From sequence record DRR723986_13572: a stretch of DNA of 64,000 bases; one strand, 5' to 3'. The position numbers and the translations under genes were made by a program. The first letter of the stretch is position 1, and each line of letters begins with the position of its first letter. The notes beneath the pieces were generated by a model. That model saw only the letters and a program-made list of their open reading frames with translations, ran no database searches and was not told the origin of the DNA. Positions 49,947-60,141 of the stretch are shown piece by piece.

Positions 49947-50609
49947 ATGAGCTCAAATCTAACCCATGTCTATTTTATGCCAGGAATGGCCGCAAATCCT
50001 ACTATCTTTGAACATATTAAGTTGCCAGAAGATCGTTATGTTATCCATTGGTTAGAATGGCAAATTCCAAATAAAGATGAAACTTTAGAAGCATATGCTA
50101 AGCGCATGTGTAAATTTATAGAGCACGATGATATTGTGTTATTAGGAGTCTCTTTTGGTGGTATATTGGTACAGGAAATGAGTAAATTTCTTAAGGTAAA
50201 AAAACTCTTTGTTGTGTCTAGTGTAAAGTCACATCATGAGTTACCAAGACGACTTAAACTCTTAAAAATAACTAAAGCCTATAAAATCTTACCAACACAA
50301 TTAGTTGGTAATATTGATTTATTAGCAAAATATGCTTTAGGTGAAACTGTTAAAAAGCGAGTAGATCTATATAAGAAATATCTTTCTGTAAATGATAAAA
50401 CATACTTAGATTGGGCCATAAAACAGGTTGTATGTTGGGAACAAGAAGAACCACATCCAAATGCTATCTATATTCATGGTGATAAGGATTTAATATTTCC
50501 TTACTCTTGTGTTGGTAATTGTATTATTGTAAAAGGTGGTACACATATTATGATAATCAATAAATACAAGTGGTTTAATGAGAATTTGCCAAAACTTATA
50601 GAAGCTTGA
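49947..50609 (+). CDS. Alpha/beta hydrolase
   Basis: FMPGMAA, GVSFGG nucleophile elbow, IHGDKD, GGTH; start at ATG 49947. Confidence 0.85.
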   Translation: MSSNLTHVYFMPGMAANPTIFEHIKLPEDRYVIHWLEWQIPNKDETLEAYAKRMCKFIEHDDIVLLGVSFGGILVQEMSKFLKVKKLFVVSSVKSHHELPRRLKLLKITKAYKILPTQLVGNIDLLAKYALGETVKKRVDLYKKYLSVNDKTYLDWAIKQVVCWEQEEPHPNAIYIHGDKDLIFPYSCVGNCIIVKGGTHIMIINKYKWFNENLPKLIEA

Positions 50610-50660
50610 ATTTGAAAGAGTTAAGTAGATTACTTACATTTAAAAAAAAATATTAAAGCC

Positions 50661-51596
50661 GTGCAAATCTTAAAAAATACATTAGCCGCAATAGGATTAG
50701 TCTGTGTTTCAGGACTTTTTATCTTTTCAATGCAAAAAGCACCTTCATATAAAACTATTGGTAAGGAACAGCCAATTGTAAATGATTATAATGTATATGC
50801 TCTAGAAATGCCAGAAGGTTTAAACTTTGCAGGTGAGATGCTGCCAATTGAAAATCCAGACATATACGAGCGTATGGATAGGGAATTACTAGTAAATACC
50901 TATTGGCAATCTAATGGTTTATTGATGTTTAAAAGAGCTCAAAAATATTTTCCAATTATTGAGCCAATACTAGAAAGAAATGGAGTACCAGATGATGTTA
51001 AATATTTAGCTGTTATTGAAAGTGGACTTACAAATGCAGTTTCGCCAGCTGGCGCAAGAGGTTTTTGGCAGATCATGAAGGCTACAGGAAGGGAAAATGG
51101 TTTAGAAGTTAATACAAATGTTGATGAACGTTACAATTTAGAAATGGCCACTGAAGTAGCTTGTAAATATTTAAAAAAGGCTAAGAATAAATTAGGATCA
51201 TGGACACTAGCTGCAGCTGCGTATAATGCAGGTAATGCAGGTATTGCAAGACGACTAAAAGAACAAGGTGTTAATAATTATTACGATTTACTCTTAGGTG
51301 AGGAGACTGGACGTTATATATTTAGAATAGTGGCATTGAAAGAGATTTTAAATCATCCAGATAAATACGGGTTTAATTTTAATAAAAGTGATTTATATAA
51401 ACCGATTCCTACTTATAAGGTAGAAGTTGATTCTGCTGTGACTGACTTCGCCCAATTTGCAAAGCGGTTTGGTATCAATTACAAAATATTAAAATTACAT
51501 AATCCATGGTTGCGCGAGCCGCATTTAAACAATAAATCAAGAAAACTATATACTATCGAAATTCCGAAAGAAGGTTACTACTTAACTAAAACTTAA
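50661..51596 (+). CDS. Lytic transglycosylase (SLT/MltD-like)
   Basis: AVIES, SPAGARGFWQIM, AAYNAG, ETGRY. Confidence 0.9.
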   Translation: MQILKNTLAAIGLVCVSGLFIFSMQKAPSYKTIGKEQPIVNDYNVYALEMPEGLNFAGEMLPIENPDIYERMDRELLVNTYWQSNGLLMFKRAQKYFPIIEPILERNGVPDDVKYLAVIESGLTNAVSPAGARGFWQIMKATGRENGLEVNTNVDERYNLEMATEVACKYLKKAKNKLGSWTLAAAAYNAGNAGIARRLKEQGVNNYYDLLLGEETGRYIFRIVALKEILNHPDKYGFNFNKSDLYKPIPTYKVEVDSAVTDFAQFAKRFGINYKILKLHNPWLREPHLNNKSRKLYTIEIPKEGYYLTKT

Positions 51597-51599
51597 TAT

Positions 51600-53048
51600 T
51601 TGGAATATATCAAAGAACATATTTGGCAAATTATGATAGTTTTAAACTACGTTTTAGCACTATCTGCAGTTGTTACAATATAGTTTAAAAAAGTGAATCC
51701 AACAAAAACACTAAGTTACATTATTGTTTTGTTGGTTTTTCCTTTTATAGGCTTGTTAGTTTATTATCTATTCGGTCAAGAATATAGAAAGTCTAAAATC
51801 TTTTCAAGAAAAAATGTATTAAATCAATCTTTTGTAAAGCAGATTCAAAATGATTTAGAATTAGATATTAAAATAATTGAAAAGGTTGATGAATTGCTCG
51901 AAGAAAAATCAAAGCTTATTCCGCTTTTATATAAAAGTGAAAAATCAAAACTAACCGTTAGAAACGAGATAGAACTTATTAAAAACGGTGATGATAAATT
52001 TAAACTACTTCTTAAGGATTTAAATGAAGCCAATCACCACATCCATTTACAGTATTATATATTAAAGGACGATACCATAGGTACAAAAGTTTTAGATATA
52101 CTTTGTGAAAAGGCCAAGTCGGGCTTACAAGTGAAAATTGTAATAGATGATGTTGGCAGTTCAATTTCATCAAAAATGAAAAAGAAACTAAAACAAAGTG
52201 GCGTAAAACTATTTGCGTTTATGCCAGTTCTATTTTCGAGATTTACGGGTCAAATGAACTATAGAGACCATCGCAAAATAATTGTCATTGATGGAAAAAT
52301 AGGATACATAGGCGGCATTAATATTTCTGATAATTATGTGAACGCAAATAACAATAGATACTGGCGAGATACCCATATTAGGTTGGTTAGCGAAGCTGTA
52401 AGACAATTACAGATTTTGTTTTTTACGACTTGGGATTTTGTTAGTGATGGCGACTTAAAAATTTCTAAAAAGCATTTTCCCGACCATTCATGTAAAGAAA
52501 ACGTACCATTACAAATTGCGGCAAGTGGACCAGATACGGATTGGTCTAATATTATGGAGTCTATTTTTGTTGCCATAGCTAATGCAGAAGACTTTATTTA
52601 TATCACCACACCGTATTTTATCCCAAATGATGAGATTGTAACAGCACTTCAAGTTGCAGCAAGAAGTAATATTGAAGTAAAATTAATTGTGCCGAAAAAA
52701 TCTGATTCTTGGGTAGCATAATATGCAACCAATTCATATTTAGAACGCCTTTTAGAAGCAGGAGTGGAGGTTTATCAGTATACTAAGGGTTTTGTGCACG
52801 CTAAATCTATGGTTGTTGATGGTGTGTTCAGTACAGTCGGTACTGCCAATATGGATTACAGAAGTTTTAATATAAACTTTGAAGTCAATGCCTTAGTTTA
52901 TAATGAAAACTTTAGTGAAAAATTAGTAGATATGTTTAACACAGACCTTAAGGATACTATACAATTAGAATTAAAGTCGTGGCACAAACGATCTAAAAAA
53001 GTAAAGTTTATTGAGGCAATTGCACGTCTTGCAGCACCTTTGTTATAA
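51600..53048 (+). pseudogene. cls: Cardiolipin synthase with two in-frame nonsense codons
   Basis: Single frame from TTG 51600 to TAA 53048 interrupted by TAG 51681-51683 and TAA 52719-52721; HKD motifs HRKIIVID and HAKSMVVD fall on either side of the second stop. Confidence 0.88.
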
Positions 53049-53056
53049 TATAAAGC

Positions 53057-53635
53057 TTAGCGTCTACTTCTTCTGTTTTGTCTTGATGATGTTGGTTGGC
53101 CATAATGTTGTCTAGGTATGGAGGCCTTTTTCATTTGCTGTTTCATCATCTTTATCTGTTCGGCTAACATATCACGTTTATCAAGTTTTTCTGCCTCAGA
53201 TAATAATTTTTGAGCCTCTTGTTTTCTGCGTTTAGAAAACGCTATACCGGCCAAATTCAGTTTTGCCATAGCCAAATCATGGTCCATTGATAAACCGAGG
53301 TTAATCGCGTTTTTAAAATACTTTTCAGCTTCATTCATATTGGTTTGAGATACCATAATGCCGTTGAGGTAATTTAAATATCCCTGTTGCTTTTTTACTA
53401 AAGCCGCCTCAGGATTTTTTATTTTATCTAACCATTTTTTTGCACCTGGAAAATCTTGCTTTCTTAATTTTAAAAATGCTAGTAAGATCAATTCATTTTT
53501 AATATAAAGAAAGATAAATATGGTAGATAAAAGAAGGAACATAATGCCATTACCAATATAACCTTCAGTAAATTGATAAATTGCATAACCAATAATTAAG
53601 GCAGCAATGACTAATTTTATATTTTTATTAAACAT
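53057..53635 (-). CDS. Membrane-anchored TPR-like conserved protein
   Basis: Two N-terminal TMs then TPR-like helices; start at ATG 53635. Confidence 0.7.
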   Translation of the reverse strand: MFNKNIKLVIAALIIGYAIYQFTEGYIGNGIMFLLLSTIFIFLYIKNELILLAFLKLRKQDFPGAKKWLDKIKNPEAALVKKQQGYLNYLNGIMVSQTNMNEAEKYFKNAINLGLSMDHDLAMAKLNLAGIAFSKRRKQEAQKLLSEAEKLDKRDMLAEQIKMMKQQMKKASIPRQHYGQPTSSRQNRRSRR

Positions 53636-53795
53636 GTTTAAAACTATTTTTGCAGTGCGCAAAGGTAATAAAAACAATTAAAATTTTTTTCTTTTTGGGT
53701 CTTGCTAAAGTAAAAACTTGTTGTATATTTGCACGCAGTTTTGAGATATGTCTCAACAAATAAAAAAGATAATTCAGATTTAAAAATATAAGACA

Positions 53796-53957
53796 ATGCC
53801 AAAAAGAACGTTTCAGCCGTCAAAAAGAAAGAGAAGAAACAAGCATGGTTTCAGAGAAAGAATGGCTTCTGTTAATGGAAGAAAAGTTTTAGCACGTAGA
53901 AGAGCTAAGGGAAGAAAGAAATTGTCTGTATCATCTGAAACAAGACATAAAAAATAA
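53796..53957 (+). CDS. rpmH: 50S ribosomal protein L34
   Basis: Manual translation [23 protein letters not shown]...[10 protein letters not shown] (53 aa; below ORF-track cutoff). Confidence 0.97.
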   Translation: MPKRTFQPSKRKRRNKHGFRERMASVNGRKVLARRRAKGRKKLSVSSETRHKK

Positions 53958-53980
53958 TGATTAACAATTGTTAATATTTT

Positions 53981-54012
53981 AAAGGTGTTACTTAGGTGTA
54001 ACACCTTTTTTT
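53981..54012 (+). terminator. Intrinsic terminator after rpmH
   Basis: AAAGGTGTTAC-TTAGGT-GTAACACCTTTTTTT. Confidence 0.8.
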
Positions 54013-54055
54013 GTACCCTATTGATATTTATTTTTGCAAACCAAAAGATATACTC

Positions 54056-56911
54056 ATGCCAAAGAACAAAAACATTAAATCGATTTTACTAATAGGTTCA
54101 GGTCCAATTATTATAGGTCAGGCCTGCGAATTTGATTACTCAGGATCTCAAGCACTACGCTCGTTAAGAGAAGATGGAATAGAAACTATTCTCATCAATT
54201 CTAATCCAGCAACAATAATGACTGACCCTACAATGGCAGACCATGTTTACCTGTTGCCATTAACTACTAAGTCTATTATTAAAATATTAAAGGAGCATCC
54301 ACAAATTGATGCCGTTTTACCAACAATGGGTGGTCAAACAGCATTAAATCTATGTATTGAAGCCGACGAAAAAGGGATTTGGGAAGATTTTAATGTAGAA
54401 ATTATTGGTGTAGATATCGATGCCATAAACATTACGGAAGATAGAGAGCAGTTTAGAGATTTAATGACTAAAATAGGCGTAGGTATGGCGCCACAAGAAA
54501 CGGCAACATCATTCTTAAAAGGTAAAGAAATTGCTCAGGAGTTTGGTTTCCCTTTGTGTATTAGAGCATCTTTTACTTTGGGTGGCGCTGGTGCTTCGAT
54601 TGTTTATGATGAAAAGGAATTTGATGAAGCCTTAACAAGAGGATTAGAGATATCACCAATCCATGAGGTAATGATCGACAAAGCCTTATTAGGTTGGAAA
54701 GAATATGAGCTAGAGTTATTACGAGACAAAAACGATAATGTTGTAATTATTTGTACCATAGAAAATATGGATCCAATGGGAATCCATACAGGAGATTCTA
54801 TTACGGTAGCTCCAGCAATGACATTATCTGATAAAACATTCCAAAAAATGCGTGACATGGCTATACATATGATGCGCAGTATTGGAGACTTTGCAGGTGG
54901 TTGTAATGTGCAATTCGCTGTGAGTCCAGATGAAGAGGAAGAAATTATCGCAATTGAGATTAACCCTCGTGTATCGCGTTCATCTGCATTAGCAAGTAAA
55001 GCGACAGGTTACCCAATTGCAAAAATTGCTGCAAAATTAGCTTTAGGTTATACACTAGATGAGTTGAGTAACCAAATAACAAAATCTACCTCCGCTTTAT
55101 TTGAACCAACTTTAGACTATGTTATTGTAAAAATTCCGCGATGGAACTTTGATAAGTTCGAAGGGTCAGATAGAACTCTAGGTCTTCAAATGAAGGCTGT
55201 TGGAGAAGTAATGGCAATAGGTCGTTCTTTTCAGGAGGCATTGCACAAAGCAACTCAATCTTTAGAAATTAAAAGAAATGGTTTAGGAGCCGACGGAAAA
55301 GGATACAAAGACTATGATACCATAATAAATAAGTTAAAATATGCAAGTTGGGATCGTGTTTTTGCTATTTACGATGCAATAGAAATAGGTATTCCATTGA
55401 GTCGTATTTTCGAAATCACTAAAATCGATATGTGGTTCTTAAAGCAATATGAAGAATTATTTCAATTGCATAAAGAAATTTCAACCTACGAAATTGAAAC
55501 TATAGATAGAGAATTACTTCTTGAAGCAAAACAAAAAGGTTATGGTGACAGACAAATAGCCCATATGCTTGGATGTCTAGAAAGTCAGGTTTATAATAAA
55601 AGACGCGAATTAAATATTAACCGTGTTTATAAGCTTGTCGATACTTGTGCTGCGGAATTTAAAGCGCAAACACCATACTATTATTCAACTTTTGAAAGTG
55701 AAATGGAAACTTCGGATGGAACTGTTTCTGTAGCCAATGAAAGTGAAGTAACTGATAAAAAGAAAATTATAGTTTTAGGTTCTGGACCAAACCGTATCGG
55801 TCAAGGTATTGAGTTTGATTATTGTTGTGTTCACGGTGTTTTAGCTGCTGCTGAATGTGGTTATGAAACCATAATGATTAACTGTAATCCAGAAACGGTT
55901 TCAACTGATTTTGATATTGCAGATAAACTATATTTTGAACCTGTATTTTGGGAGCATATATATGACATTATTCAACATGAAAAACCAGAAGGTGTCATTG
56001 TACAGTTAGGTGGTCAAACTGCATTGAAACTAGCTGAAAAATTAGAGCGTTATGGTGTGAAAATTATAGGAACTAGTTTTGAATCTTTAGACTTAGCTGA
56101 AGATAGAGGAAGTTTTTCTACCTTATTAAAAGCCAATAATATTCCTTATCCAGAATTTGATACAGCAGAAACAGCAGATGAAGCATTAGCAATTGCTGAT
56201 GTATTAGACTTTCCAATTTTAGTAAGACCTTCTTATGTACTTGGTGGTCAAGGCATGAAAATCGTAATTAATAAAGATGAATTAGAAGCTCATGTCATTG
56301 ATTTATTAAAATCAATACCTGGTAACAAACTATTGTTAGACCACTATTTAGATGGTGCTATTGAAGCAGAAGCAGATGCTATATGTGATGCAGATGGAAA
56401 TGTTTATATAATAGGTATTATGGAGCATATTGAACCTTGTGGTATACACTCTGGTGATAGTAATGCTACATTACCAGCTTTTAATCTTGGTGATTTGGTT
56501 ATGCAACAGATTATTGACCATACACATACCATAGCGAGAGCTTTAAATACGGTTGGTTTAATTAATATTCAATTTGCTATTAAAGATGATACGGTTTACA
56601 TTATCGAAGCCAATCCAAGAGCTTCTCGTACTGTGCCATTTATTGCTAAAGCATACAAAGAGCCATATGTTAATTATGCAACTAAAGTAATGCTTGGAGA
56701 AAAGAAGGTTACTGACTTTAATTTCAATCCTCAGCTTGATGGTTATGCCATTAAACAACCAGTATTTTCATTCAATAAATTCCCTAACGTAAATAAAAAA
56801 CTAGGACCAGAAATGAAGAGTACAGGGGAGAGCATCTTATTTATAGATAGTTTAAAAGATGATGAATTCTATGATTTATACTCTAGGCGAAAAATGTATT
56901 TAAGTAAATAA
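54056..56911 (+). CDS. carB: Carbamoyl-phosphate synthase large subunit (short form)
   Basis: IGSGPIIIGQACEFDYSG, GSGPNRIGQGIEFDY, EMKSTGE; two ATP-grasp units; start at ATG 54056. Confidence 0.96.
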   Translation: MPKNKNIKSILLIGSGPIIIGQACEFDYSGSQALRSLREDGIETILINSNPATIMTDPTMADHVYLLPLTTKSIIKILKEHPQIDAVLPTMGGQTALNLCIEADEKGIWEDFNVEIIGVDIDAINITEDREQFRDLMTKIGVGMAPQETATSFLKGKEIAQEFGFPLCIRASFTLGGAGASIVYDEKEFDEALTRGLEISPIHEVMIDKALLGWKEYELELLRDKNDNVVIICTIENMDPMGIHTGDSITVAPAMTLSDKTFQKMRDMAIHMMRSIGDFAGGCNVQFAVSPDEEEEIIAIEINPRVSRSSALASKATGYPIAKIAAKLALGYTLDELSNQITKSTSALFEPTLDYVIVKIPRWNFDKFEGSDRTLGLQMKAVGEVMAIGRSFQEALHKATQSLEIKRNGLGADGKGYKDYDTIINKLKYASWDRVFAIYDAIEIGIPLSRIFEITKIDMWFLKQYEELFQLHKEISTYEIETIDRELLLEAKQKGYGDRQIAHMLGCLESQVYNKRRELNINRVYKLVDTCAAEFKAQTPYYYSTFESEMETSDGTVSVANESEVTDKKKIIVLGSGPNRIGQGIEFDYCCVHGVLAAAECGYETIMINCNPETVSTDFDIADKLYFEPVFWEHIYDIIQHEKPEGVIVQLGGQTALKLAEKLERYGVKIIGTSFESLDLAEDRGSFSTLLKANNIPYPEFDTAETADEALAIADVLDFPILVRPSYVLGGQGMKIVINKDELEAHVIDLLKSIPGNKLLLDHYLDGAIEAEADAICDADGNVYIIGIMEHIEPCGIHSGDSNATLPAFNLGDLVMQQIIDHTHTIARALNTVGLINIQFAIKDDTVYIIEANPRASRTVPFIAKAYKEPYVNYATKVMLGEKKVTDFNFNPQLDGYAIKQPVFSFNKFPNVNKKLGPEMKSTGESILFIDSLKDDEFYDLYSRRKMYLSK

Positions 56912-56989
56912 ATACATACTTTTTCGATAAACTGTTGAGCGTAATTGCATAATAATTACTAATTTAGCTAATAGCAAAGAAATATATCT

Positions 56990-57856
56990 ATGAAAAGAAC
57001 ATTACTTACTGTCGCACTGGCGATGTTTACAATTATTAGTTTTGCACAGATATCCGCTGGTGAAACCAGTGATTTTGAAATTGATATTGAGGGTTGGGAA
57101 CACCAAATTTCTAATCCTAATGATCCAATTCAAATTGCCGATGGCGGACCTAATGGTGCTGGAGATGGCTATTTGAGTACATCAAGTACAGGAGGTGGTG
57201 GTTCTGGCTCTAGACATGTTTTTGCAAATGATAATGCAGAATGGATTGGAAATTATACAAGTGCTGGAATTATTGCTTTTACTTTTGATGTAAGAAATAC
57301 TAATGCAACAGAGGATTTATATTTAAGAGTCGGTTTTAATGGAACAGGTTTTAATGATTGGGCAGCATCAACAAATCCTGTTATTGTTCCGGCTGGTTCA
57401 GGTTGGACATCAGTAACGATTCCTGTTGAGGCATCTGATTTATCAATTTCTGGAAGTCCTACTACAGTAGCAGCGATTTTGGCAAATGTAACGCAAGTGC
57501 GTATTTTGAGTAATGACGGTTCTGATAGTTTACACAAAGGACAACGTTTGGCATTGACCTCAGATTATGACAATATAGTAGCTGTTGACGTCTTAAGTAC
57601 ACCTGAGTTTGAACTTCAAAATAACGAATTTACAATTTCTCCAAACCCAGCTAAGAATAATCTAAATATTACAATTCCAGATGGAAATGGTGATATTAGA
57701 TTAGAAGTTTATGATGTATTAGGAAAAAGAATCTTTAAAGGTATACTCACTGATTTAGAATCTTCAATAAATGTTTCTAACTGGAAAACTGGAGTTTACC
57801 TGGTTAAAGTTTCTAGTGACAAAATTTCACAGACTAAACGTTTTATTAAACAATAG
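56990..57856 (+). CDS. T9SS type A sorting-domain secreted protein
   Basis: Signal peptide; CTD ISPNPA..VYDVLGK..GVYLVKV..TKRFIKQ. Confidence 0.88.
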   Translation: MKRTLLTVALAMFTIISFAQISAGETSDFEIDIEGWEHQISNPNDPIQIADGGPNGAGDGYLSTSSTGGGGSGSRHVFANDNAEWIGNYTSAGIIAFTFDVRNTNATEDLYLRVGFNGTGFNDWAASTNPVIVPAGSGWTSVTIPVEASDLSISGSPTTVAAILANVTQVRILSNDGSDSLHKGQRLALTSDYDNIVAVDVLSTPEFELQNNEFTISPNPAKNNLNITIPDGNGDIRLEVYDVLGKRIFKGILTDLESSINVSNWKTGVYLVKVSSDKISQTKRFIKQ

Positions 57857-57879
57857 TAATTGTTTTAAATATATAATAT

Positions 57880-57908
57880 AGAGCCATCTCAATTGAGGTG
57901 GCTTTTTT
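57880..57908 (+). terminator. Intrinsic terminator
   Basis: AGAGCCATCTC-AATT-GAGGTGGCTTTTTT. Confidence 0.75.
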
Positions 57909-58446
57909 ATTTAATATTTACTTTAACACGGTAGTCCTTTAATAGTTCCAAATGATTATGCACATTCTTGTACACTTCAGATTCATCAAATTCTATTTTT
58001 GCTTCACTGTTTCGTCTTATTATAGTTTTAATAAACCGTTTGGCTTCAATTTTAGACGATAATACTAAACCAGGTACTTCAACCGTGCCACCATTCTCAT
58101 CAATTGCTACCATTGTAAAATATGATTAATTATAGTGTTTTTTCTTGCCTGATCTTATATTTTCTGACTCTACGCGTATACCAAATACCATAGAAGATTT
58201 TCCGATATAGTTTATGGAAGCTTTCATGGTAACAAGTTCGCCAACCTCTATGGGATTTAAGAAATTCACCTTATCTACAGATGCTGTTACACAATAACTT
58301 CCTGAATGTTTAGAAGCACAGGCAAAGGCAATCTGGTCCATTAAACCTAATATATAACCACCATATATTTTTCCGGCAAAATTGGTGTTAGATGGAAGCA
58401 TTAGTTGTGAAATTTGAATTCTAGAGTCTTCTATAGTTTTAAACAT
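57907..58446 (-). pseudogene. Acyl-CoA thioesterase (YciA-like hotdog fold) with in-frame TAA
   Basis: ORFs 58126-58446 and 57907-58113 share a frame: ...KKKHYN*SYFTMVAID...; TAA at 58128-58126. Confidence 0.85.
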
Positions 58447-58465
58447 TTTTTTGAAGTTTATTTAG

Positions 58466-58741
58466 TTAGTGCTCATCTTCATGTTTAATTTCATGAAGTT
58501 TTTTACGTATTCCATCTTCAGTTTCATATAATGTAAAAAGGCCTATTAGAAAAAGAGTTGAACCAATTAATCCACACATAATAAGTATAAATAAATTTAG
58601 ATCAGATTGGTTGGTGACCTTATAATCAGTAAAAAAAAGGACTGAACAAAAGCTTAATAAAAAGGTGCCAAAAAATAAAATTCTTGCGTAGTTGAACCTT
58701 AAAGTCCATTTGTAAATGGTACTAATGACTTTATTCTTCAA
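58466..58741 (-). CDS. Hypothetical two-TM membrane protein
   Basis: 91-aa ORF overlapping the rmuC stop; two hydrophobic segments. Confidence 0.55.
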   Translation of the reverse strand: MKNKVISTIYKWTLRFNYARILFFGTFLLSFCSVLFFTDYKVTNQSDLNLFILIMCGLIGSTLFLIGLFTLYETEDGIRKKLHEIKHEDEH

Positions 58742-60056
58742 GATTTTCTGAGGCTCGTTTTATTATATTTTCAGGTAGTGACTTTTTAGCTTTAGCACCC
58801 ATCTTTTTTATTTTTTCTACACGAGAAATCAAATTGCCTTTCCCTTCAACTAATTTGTTCATAGCGGAAGAGTAGTCATTTTTTGCAGCATCAATCTTTT
58901 TACCTACACCAGTTAAGTCTTGCACTAAGCCTTCAAATTTATCATAAAGTGCACCCGCTTGCTTAGCAATTTCAATCGCATTTTGCTGCTGTTTTTCGTT
59001 ATTCCACATTGTATCTATGGTTCTAAGCGTAGCGAGTAGAGTCGAAGGAGTTACAATTACAATATTCTGCTCAAATGCTTTGTTGTAGAGTGAATTATCT
59101 TCATTAATGGCTACGGCAAATGCAGGTTCAATAGGTATAAACATCAACACAAAATCAGGTGATTCTATATCATAAAGATCTTGATAGTTTTTTGCAGATA
59201 ATTGATCCACATGTTTTTTAATAGAATTAACGTGTGCTTTCAAAAAGATATCACGTTGGTCGTCTTCGGCATTAACTAAACGTTCATAGTCTGTTAATGA
59301 TACCTTAGAATCAATAATCATTTTTTTAGAATCTGGCAGATGTAGAACTACATCTGGCATTACACGAGAGCCATCTTCACGTTGAAAATTTTGCTGAACA
59401 AAATACTCCCTGTCTTTTTCTAAACCAGATTTTTCTAAAACACGTTCTAATACCAATTCTCCCCAATTTCCTTGTGTTTTACTATCACCTTTTAATGCTT
59501 TTGTGAGATTAGTAGCTTCCTTAGCCATTTGTTGGTTTAGGTCTTTTAAACCCAGTAATTGCTCTTTAAGTGCAGAGTGCATACTAATGCTTTCCTTCTG
59601 TGTGTCTTCTACTTTCTTTTCAAAGGTTTTTATTTTTTCCTCAAGAGGATTTAATATGTTTTTTATGTTCTCCTTATTCTGTAGTGTAAATTTCTCTGAC
59701 TTTTCATCAAGTATTTTTGATGCCATTAACTCGAAGTCTTTACGTAATTGTTCTTGTTGTTTGGCTAATTCTTCGTCACGCTTTAGATTCTGTTGTTGCA
59801 AGTTTTCAAACTCTGTATTTCTTCGAGATAATTCAGTATTCAAAAAATCTTTTTCTCTTCTAATAGCTTCTCTATCAGTTTCGATTTTTTCAACGGTATA
59901 TTTTAATTCACCAATAGTGTTATTAAGCTGTAACTGACGTTCTTCTAATGTGCTTTTATCGCTTTTGCCTTTTAGTTTAGCAAATTGAAGACCAATAAAA
60001 GCACCAATACCTGCTGATATAATAATGGCTACAAATAAAATGATGTTATCGTTCAT
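58731..60056 (-). CDS. rmuC: DNA recombination protein RmuC
   Basis: Coiled coil, QGNWGELVLERVLEKSGL, PDVVLHLP..IIDSK, DFVLMFIP. Confidence 0.93.
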   Translation of the reverse strand: MNDNIILFVAIIISAGIGAFIGLQFAKLKGKSDKSTLEERQLQLNNTIGELKYTVEKIETDREAIRREKDFLNTELSRRNTEFENLQQQNLKRDEELAKQQEQLRKDFELMASKILDEKSEKFTLQNKENIKNILNPLEEKIKTFEKKVEDTQKESISMHSALKEQLLGLKDLNQQMAKEATNLTKALKGDSKTQGNWGELVLERVLEKSGLEKDREYFVQQNFQREDGSRVMPDVVLHLPDSKKMIIDSKVSLTDYERLVNAEDDQRDIFLKAHVNSIKKHVDQLSAKNYQDLYDIESPDFVLMFIPIEPAFAVAINEDNSLYNKAFEQNIVIVTPSTLLATLRTIDTMWNNEKQQQNAIEIAKQAGALYDKFEGLVQDLTGVGKKIDAAKNDYSSAMNKLVEGKGNLISRVEKIKKMGAKAKKSLPENIIKRASENLEE

Positions 60057-60141
60057 TTTTTTAAGAGAAATTTATCAAAGATAATTTATTTTAATAGGAC
60101 CATAGAGGCTGAAAACAGGAAGTTTTTAACATCAAATCAAA

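Noticed and set aside
53813-54004. 63-aa minus-strand ORF
   Set aside because: Antisense shadow of rpmH.
47968-54055. Extended N-termini in the ORF track (47997, 49905, 53677, 54011)
   Set aside because: The extensions start at TTG/GTG and run through promoter or terminator sequence; downstream ATGs give more plausible starts.
19487-58128. Stop-codon reassignment/readthrough explaining the in-frame TAG and TAA codons
   Set aside because: The stops appear to replace different residues (Leu, Tyr, Lys, Ser by context), involve both TAG and TAA, co-occur with frameshifts, and TAG/TAA end intact genes normally; long core genes have none.
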